In this document: piece after piece, positions 58,842 through 64,000 of the stretch
How the letters are laid out: every line of letters starts with the position of its first letter
How positions within the stretch are numbered: the first letter of the stretch is position 1
Source: Candidatus Eiseniibacteriota bacterium
GTDB taxonomy: Bacteria; Eisenbacteria; RBG-16-71-46; CAIMUX01; VGJL01
DNA: 64,000 nt
Reading direction: 5' to 3'
Assembly: GCA_041946735.1 (NCBI GenBank)
Contig: JBHGAY010000010.1
Span: forward strand, 1-64,000
Notes under the pieces: generated by a model
Seen by the model: only the letters and a program-made list of their open reading frames with translations
Told to the model about the DNA's origin: nothing
Databases searched by the model: none
Position numbers and translations under genes: made by a program

Positions 58842-60803
58842 TCAGCCTGCGCTCGGCGCTCCGGCGGCTTCCGCCTCCGCTTCGCCGGCGAGATGGCTCC
58901 GCTTCTGCTCGATCAGGAGGAACTGGCGGTAGACGTCGCAGCGCCGGGCGAGTTCGTCGTGCGTCCCCTCGTCGACGATCCGGCCGTGGTCGAGCACGAG
59001 GATCCGGTCCGCTCGTCGGATCGTCGCGAGCCGGTGCGAGACGAGGAAGACCGTGACGCCGTGGAACGTTTCGGCGAGGGCGTTCCAGAAGAGGTCCTCG
59101 TGCCGGGCGTCGAGCGACGCCGTGCAGTCGTCCATCAAGAGCAGGTCGGGACGGCCGGCAAGGGCACGGGCGATCGCGATCCGCTGCTTCTGTCCGCCGG
59201 AGACGAGGGCGCCTCGCTGTCCGAGCTGCGTCGCGATCCCGTCCTTCATTCGCTCGAGATCGGGGCCCATCTGCGCCACCTCCAGGCACCGGCGCACCCA
59301 TTCGGGATCCGCGTCGCGACCAAAGGAGACGTTTTCCTGGACGGTCTCGGAGAAGAGGAGGGATTCCTGGGGGACGTAGCCGAGCCGGCCGCGCAGCGCT
59401 CCCCACTCGATCGCGCGGAATGGGCGTCCATCGATCGTGTACTCCCCTTCCTGCGCGGGGAGGAGCCCCGCGAGTAGTCGGAGCAGCGTCGACTTGCCGC
59501 TCGCGACCGGGCCGACGATCGCGATCCGCTCGCCGCGCGAGGCGGCGAAGCACACGCCGTCGAGCGCCGGCGGAAGGTCCGGGCGGTAACGGAAGCCGAC
59601 CGAGGCGAGCTCGATCCGCGCAATGCCCGCTCCGTCGCCGGAGACGTCGCGGGCGGCGATCCCGGCTTCCTCCGGAGCGCCCGGGGCGGCGCTGCGCCGC
59701 GCGCGAGCCGGAAGCGGCTCCGTCCCGTCACGTAGGGTCGAAACCGGGTGGCGAAGCACCTCGACCTCGCGATCGATCGAAACGAACGCCTGCTTCGCCG
59801 TCACGAAGAGGTTCGGCAGGTCCATCATCGGGTAGATCAGCATGTCGAGGTAGACGTAGAACGCGTAGAGCGTCCCGAGCGAGAGCCGGCCGTCGAGCAC
59901 GGCGAGGCCTCCTACCGACAACACGATGACCTGGCCGATCCGGCTCGCGATGTTGTCCATCTCGTGCACGAGCACGACGAGCTTCGCGAGGCGCAGCTGC
60001 AGTCCGATCCGCCGCTGGAGAATCCGCTCGAGGCGGTGGACCTGTCCGGCCTCGCCGTTGAACGCCTTGACGATCCGCACGCCGGACAGCGCCGCTTCGA
60101 TCGTGTCGTTCGTTTGCGAAACCGCCTCCTGCTGCTTGCGATAGGTGTTGCCCAGCTCCTTGCGCGCCACGTAGAAGACCCAGAGCATCAGTGGCACCGG
60201 GATCATGGCAAGGAGCGCCAGCCGCCAGTCGAGCAGCAGCATCGCCGCCACGCAGAAGAGGAACTTCGAGAGCGAATCGACGAAACGGAAAACGCCCGAG
60301 CAGCCGAACCAGGCGATGCGCGGGTACTCCGCGATGTCGTCGGTCAGCCGCGTCACGAGGTCGCCCGTGCGGAAGCGGGAGAAGAAGGTGAAGTCCTTCT
60401 CCAGGATCGATCCGAAGACGCGCTCGCGAACCCCCTTCTCGAGCTTGAGGTTCATCCAGGCTCGGAAGCCGGGGTAGAAGCCGGCGATCGTCCGTCCGAT
60501 CGCGATCAGCCCCAGGATCCCTAGGAGTCGGTAGAGGGTCGCGTTCTCCGGGCGCGAGGTCGAGAGCGACGCGTAGACTCCGTCGATCACCTTGCGAAAG
60601 ACGAGCGGGTAAGCGATCGCGACGGCGCTCGAGACGAGCGTGAAGAAGAAGAGGAAGACGAGGAAGCGCAGATGCGGCTTCCAGAATGCGTGCAGCCAGG
60701 CGATGCGCTGCCGTGTCGTGAGGAGAGGCGTCTTCTCCTTCTCCGGCCCGTCCGTCCGGTCGTCCCGCTCCGCGGGGCCGGGGTGCGCGTGCGAGGCGCT
60801 CAT
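58842..60803 (-). CDS. ABC exporter half-transporter (TMD-NBD) with a degenerate Walker B
   Basis: RTGDLVTRLTDD, GPVASGKST, VSGGQKQR and LLMDDCTASLD. Confidence 0.93.
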   Translation of the reverse strand: MSASHAHPGPAERDDRTDGPEKEKTPLLTTRQRIAWLHAFWKPHLRFLVFLFFFTLVSSAVAIAYPLVFRKVIDGVYASLSTSRPENATLYRLLGILGLIAIGRTIAGFYPGFRAWMNLKLEKGVRERVFGSILEKDFTFFSRFRTGDLVTRLTDDIAEYPRIAWFGCSGVFRFVDSLSKFLFCVAAMLLLDWRLALLAMIPVPLMLWVFYVARKELGNTYRKQQEAVSQTNDTIEAALSGVRIVKAFNGEAGQVHRLERILQRRIGLQLRLAKLVVLVHEMDNIASRIGQVIVLSVGGLAVLDGRLSLGTLYAFYVYLDMLIYPMMDLPNLFVTAKQAFVSIDREVEVLRHPVSTLRDGTEPLPARARRSAAPGAPEEAGIAARDVSGDGAGIARIELASVGFRYRPDLPPALDGVCFAASRGERIAIVGPVASGKSTLLRLLAGLLPAQEGEYTIDGRPFRAIEWGALRGRLGYVPQESLLFSETVQENVSFGRDADPEWVRRCLEVAQMGPDLERMKDGIATQLGQRGALVSGGQKQRIAIARALAGRPDLLLMDDCTASLDARHEDLFWNALAETFHGVTVFLVSHRLATIRRADRILVLDHGRIVDEGTHDELARRCDVYRQFLLIEQKRSHLAGEAEAEAAGAPSAG

Positions 60804-62734
60804 GAGGCGATCGCTCCGCTTCGGAACTGCAGGTCGAAGAGGTCGCGGTAGATCCCGTCCTTCGCGTACAGCTCTTCGTGGCTTCCTTCCTCGACGAGGC
60901 GGCCGCCGTGGAGGACGAGGATCCGGTCGGCGCTGACGATCGTCGCTAGCCGGTGAGCGATGATGAGCGAAGTCCGCCCGGCCAGGAGCCGGTCGAGAGA
61001 CCGCTGCAGCCGCCGCTCGGTGGCCGGATCGACCGACGAAGTCGCCTCGTCGAGCACGAGCAGATCGGGATCGGAAACGATCGCCCGGGCGAAGGAGAGA
61101 AGTTGGCGCTCTCCCATGGAGAGGTTCGCTCCCCCCTCGGCGAGTGGCTCGTCGAGGCCCTTCGGCAGCCGCGCGATCAGCTCTTCGGCCCCCACGATCC
61201 GTATGGCCTTCGCGATGCGATCACCATTTCCATCGCCATCGCCCTCGCCATCTCCCTCGCCCTCGCCAACCATCGCGCCGCCGCTTCCGTCCCCACCCGC
61301 CGTGGCCGGCGGGCCGCCGTTTCCGTCCTCGTCGTCCGGGCACTGCGCGCCCCCGCCGGCCCGAACGGGCTCGTTCATCGCCCGGAGGTTTTCCGCCACG
61401 GTGCCCGGGAAGAGGTGGATGTCCTGCAGAACGAGACCGAGCTTCGAGCGCCAGGCCTTCTGGGTGTAGTCGCGGATGTCGACGCCGTCGAGCGTGATCG
61501 TCCCTTCGGTCGGTTCGTAAAAGCGGAGCAGGAGGTTCGTGATCGTCGTCTTGCCTCCGCCCGACCATCCCACCACGGCGACCTTCTCGCCGCGCCGGAT
61601 CCGGAACGAGATGGAATCGAGCGCCCGTGTCCCGCTGTCGTAGGCGAAGGAGACATTCTCGAACGCGACCTCGCGCCAGTCCTCCGGGATCGCCTGTCGG
61701 GCGCCGGGCCGGTCAGGTGTCCGCGAGGGCGTGTCGAGGACGCCGAAGACGCGGTCGGCGCTCGCGAACGCTTTCTGCAGGAAGTTGATCTGCTCGGAGA
61801 ACATCGCAAGCGGCCAGAAGACGCGCCGCGTGTACTCGATGAACAGCACCAGCGTTCCGACCGAGATCACGAAGCCGAAGATCTTGCCGGAGCCGATGAA
61901 GAGGATCACGATGACGGCGCAGACCTCGATGGCGGTGAGCAGACCGAAGAAGCCGTACTCGTAGAGCGCCGCGTTGCGCTCGGCGACGAGCTTGTCATCG
62001 TTCAGGCGCGCGAGCCGCTCCGCCGCCCGGCGCTCGTAGCCGTACATCTGCAGGATCGGCACCCCTTGCACGTACTCCGCCACGAAGGTGGAAATCCGTG
62101 CGTACAGCCCGCGCACGCGCCGGTAGAGCCCGCGCATCCAGCGGAAGAAGAAGATTGTGCCGGCGACGATCGGCGCCGCGAGGGCGAGGATCGTGACGGT
62201 GATCCGCCAATCGGTCGCGAGCATCACGGCGATCGTGCCGAGCACGAGGATCGACGTGCGGAGGATCGCGATGCCTACCTCGGAGAAAAGCGCCTGCAGC
62301 CGTTCGGAGTCGGATTCGACACGGGCGAGCAGCTTTCCCGGCGGATTCTTGTCGAAGTAGGCGAGCGAGAGACCGAGCAGGTGCCGGAAGACGCGGCGCT
62401 TCAGCTCGGTCACGACGGCAAGCCCCATCCTCGTGAGGACGACCACCTGGAAGTACCCGGCGATCGTCCCCACGAGGAAGAGACCGAGGTAGAGCGCGGC
62501 GCTGTGCATGATCCCGCTCGCGGAGTGCGCGCTGATGTCGCGGTCGATCAGCCGGCGCAGGACGATCGGCCCCAGCAGGTCGGAAGCGACGGCGACCAGC
62601 ATGAGGGCGAGGCCCAGGGCGAAAAGGCCCCGATGCGGGCGCATCAGGGGGGCTGCTCGGCGGCCTACCTCGCGGAGCGGGAGATGACGGACGTACGCTT
62701 CGTCCTCGGGACGTTCCTCGTCATCCCACCACAT
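60800..62734 (-). CDS. ABC exporter half-transporter (TMD-NBD) with a consensus Walker B and a degenerate signature
   Basis: GKLLARVESD, GWSGGGKTT, LSMGERQ, LVLDEATSSVD and IAHRL. Confidence 0.94.
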   Translation of the reverse strand: MWWDDEERPEDEAYVRHLPLREVGRRAAPLMRPHRGLFALGLALMLVAVASDLLGPIVLRRLIDRDISAHSASGIMHSAALYLGLFLVGTIAGYFQVVVLTRMGLAVVTELKRRVFRHLLGLSLAYFDKNPPGKLLARVESDSERLQALFSEVGIAILRTSILVLGTIAVMLATDWRITVTILALAAPIVAGTIFFFRWMRGLYRRVRGLYARISTFVAEYVQGVPILQMYGYERRAAERLARLNDDKLVAERNAALYEYGFFGLLTAIEVCAVIVILFIGSGKIFGFVISVGTLVLFIEYTRRVFWPLAMFSEQINFLQKAFASADRVFGVLDTPSRTPDRPGARQAIPEDWREVAFENVSFAYDSGTRALDSISFRIRRGEKVAVVGWSGGGKTTITNLLLRFYEPTEGTITLDGVDIRDYTQKAWRSKLGLVLQDIHLFPGTVAENLRAMNEPVRAGGGAQCPDDEDGNGGPPATAGGDGSGGAMVGEGEGDGEGDGDGNGDRIAKAIRIVGAEELIARLPKGLDEPLAEGGANLSMGERQLLSFARAIVSDPDLLVLDEATSSVDPATERRLQRSLDRLLAGRTSLIIAHRLATIVSADRILVLHGGRLVEEGSHEELYAKDGIYRDLFDLQFRSGAIAS

Positions 62735-62873
62735 GGAGCGTACAAGCTACGCCCCGCCGTTCGAGTTGACAACCGTTTCCTTCTCCTCGTCGCGTCTGTT
62801 GCCGCTCGCGAGGGCCGGCCGTAGACTCGCCCGGATCCCGTTCGGGGACGAGCGGGGAAGGGGAGGAGCGCCG

Positions 62874-64000
62874 ATGTTCGCCGACGCCTCGTCGCATCGA
62901 TCCGCGTCCCTGACGCGTCGCGGCCGACTCGCCGGGCCGCGTTCGGGCCCATCCCGAGCCCCTGCCGCTGCGGTGGTCGCGGCGTTCGCCTGCCTGCTCG
63001 TCGGCGGCTGCGTGGCGAGCGGGCCGCGAGTCTCCGTGCCCGCCGGCGCGGCCGTCCCCGCCCCGGGCTTGCCGCCCGCCCGCGCGCAGCGGGGCCTGAC
63101 GATCCTGCACACGAACGACACGCACGGCAGGCTCCTTCCGTTCGACTACCCCGCGCCGGCCGACACCGGATCGGTGCTCGCGAAGCTGCCCGCCATCCGA
63201 GACGTCGGAGGGATCGCGCGGCGGGCGACCCTCGCGCGGTCGATCCGCGAGCAGGCGGGCGCGCGCGGGCAGCGCGTCTGGCTCGTCGACGCCGGGGATT
63301 TCTGCGACGGGACGCCGTTTTCGACGGAGTACCACGGCGAAGCGGACATGGCGGCGATGAACGCCGCCGGCTACGACTACGGCATCCTCGGGAACCACGA
63401 GTTCAACGGGACGATCGCGCATCTGGAGAAGCTCGTCTCGCTCTCCGATCACCCGATCCTGTGCGGGAACGCCTGGATCGACGCGACGGCGCGGCCGGTC
63501 GCCGTCCCGATGCTGATTCGAGAGATTGGGCCGGTGAAGGTCGGACTGATCGGCCTCGTGACGCACGAGGCGGCGTCCTACCCCGCCGCCCGCGAGGGGA
63601 TCACCGTGGAGGACGAGGTCGCGCATGCGCGCCGGCTCGTGGCGGAGCTGAGGCCGCTGGTCGACGTCGTCGTCCTCTTCACCCACGTCGGCGAGGAGGT
63701 GGACGAGCGGATCGCGCGCGAGGTCCCCGGCGTCGACGTGATCGTTGGCGGGCATTCGCATACCCGGCTGCCGCAGGGCGTGCTCGTCGCATCGTCACGG
63801 CAGGAGCGCGGGCCGTCCTCCTCTTGCGATCCGGGCGGGACGATCGTCGCCCAGGCCTTCCAATGGGGTGGAGAGCTCGGCCGCCTCGATCTCGCCTTCT
63901 GCGACCGGCCGCGCCCGGGCATCGACCGTTATGAGGCGAAGCTGCTGCCCGTCACGAGCGCGCTCCCGGAGGATCCGGCGGTGCGGGAGATCGTCGAGCG
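62874..64000 (+). CDS. Bifunctional metallophosphatase / 5'-nucleotidase family lipoprotein, 3'-truncated (absent from the ORF track)
   Basis: Manual translation from GGAGGAG..ATG 62874 gives lipobox-like LVGGC, LTILHTNDTHG, LVDAGDF, LGNHEF and IVGGHSH. Frame is open to the window end. Confidence 0.92.
   Translation, partial: MFADASSHRSASLTRRGRLAGPRSGPSRAPAAAVVAAFACLLVGGCVASGPRVSVPAGAAVPAPGLPPARAQRGLTILHTNDTHGRLLPFDYPAPADTGSVLAKLPAIRDVGGIARRATLARSIREQAGARGQRVWLVDAGDFCDGTPFSTEYHGEADMAAMNAAGYDYGILGNHEFNGTIAHLEKLVSLSDHPILCGNAWIDATARPVAVPMLIREIGPVKVGLIGLVTHEAASYPAAREGITVEDEVAHARRLVAELRPLVDVVVLFTHVGEEVDERIAREVPGVDVIVGGHSHTRLPQGVLVASSRQERGPSSSCDPGGTIVAQAFQWGGELGRLDLAFCDRPRPGIDRYEAKLLPVTSALPEDPAVREIVE

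Noticed and set aside
1290..62824. Many long antisense or alternate-frame ORFs (e.g. 1290-3917 -, 8943-12137 -, 41080-43026 +, 53560-56493 -, 60953-62824 +)
   Set aside because: They overlap well-supported genes, are Arg/Pro/Ala-rich without motifs, and are expected shadows of high-GC codon bias.

Overview
High-GC (roughly 70% by eye) bacterial chromosomal window from a diderm organism: it encodes TolC, outer-membrane barrel candidates and a PEP-CTERM protein. The C-terminal 'SSWGQVRSLFR' tail of the first protein suggests a Ca. Eisenbacteria/Krumholzibacteriota-like lineage, from recollection and untested. I found no rRNA, tRNA, CRISPR array, integrase or transposase. In order, the window holds: a partial secreted protein, mug, a CBM9/DUF5916-type outer-membrane protein, an ECF sigma/anti-sigma/exported-protein triad, a SAM methyltransferase, a secreted dienelactone hydrolase, the alpha-glucan/trehalose operon glgX-glgE-treS(+Mak)-malQ-treZ, nrfHA (NrfA with CXXCH at heme 1), a TIGR01777 epimerase, an acyl-CoA dehydrogenase, a zinc metalloprotease, a Gate-domain membrane protein, a PEP-CTERM protein, a membrane/TPR protein, dodecin, a TetR-TolC-HlyD-ABC efflux operon, MoeB/rhodanese, an S1-repeat protein, two DUF3857 proteins, an RRM protein plus infA, an ADP-ribosylglycohydrolase, an AmpG-like MFS, an L,D-transpeptidase, a TMTC-like glycosyltransferase, a heterodimeric ABC exporter and a partial 5'-nucleotidase. 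The best candidate for an undescribed system is at 56.0-57.8 kb (minus strand). There a Fur-like palindrome precedes a phage Mu Com-like zinc-finger gene, followed by a leader carrying tandem GA(G/A)NCC heptamers that resemble the Com RNA target, then an outer-membrane protein and a monoheme cytochrome c, all outside any prophage. Family names come from motif recognition only; no database search was run.
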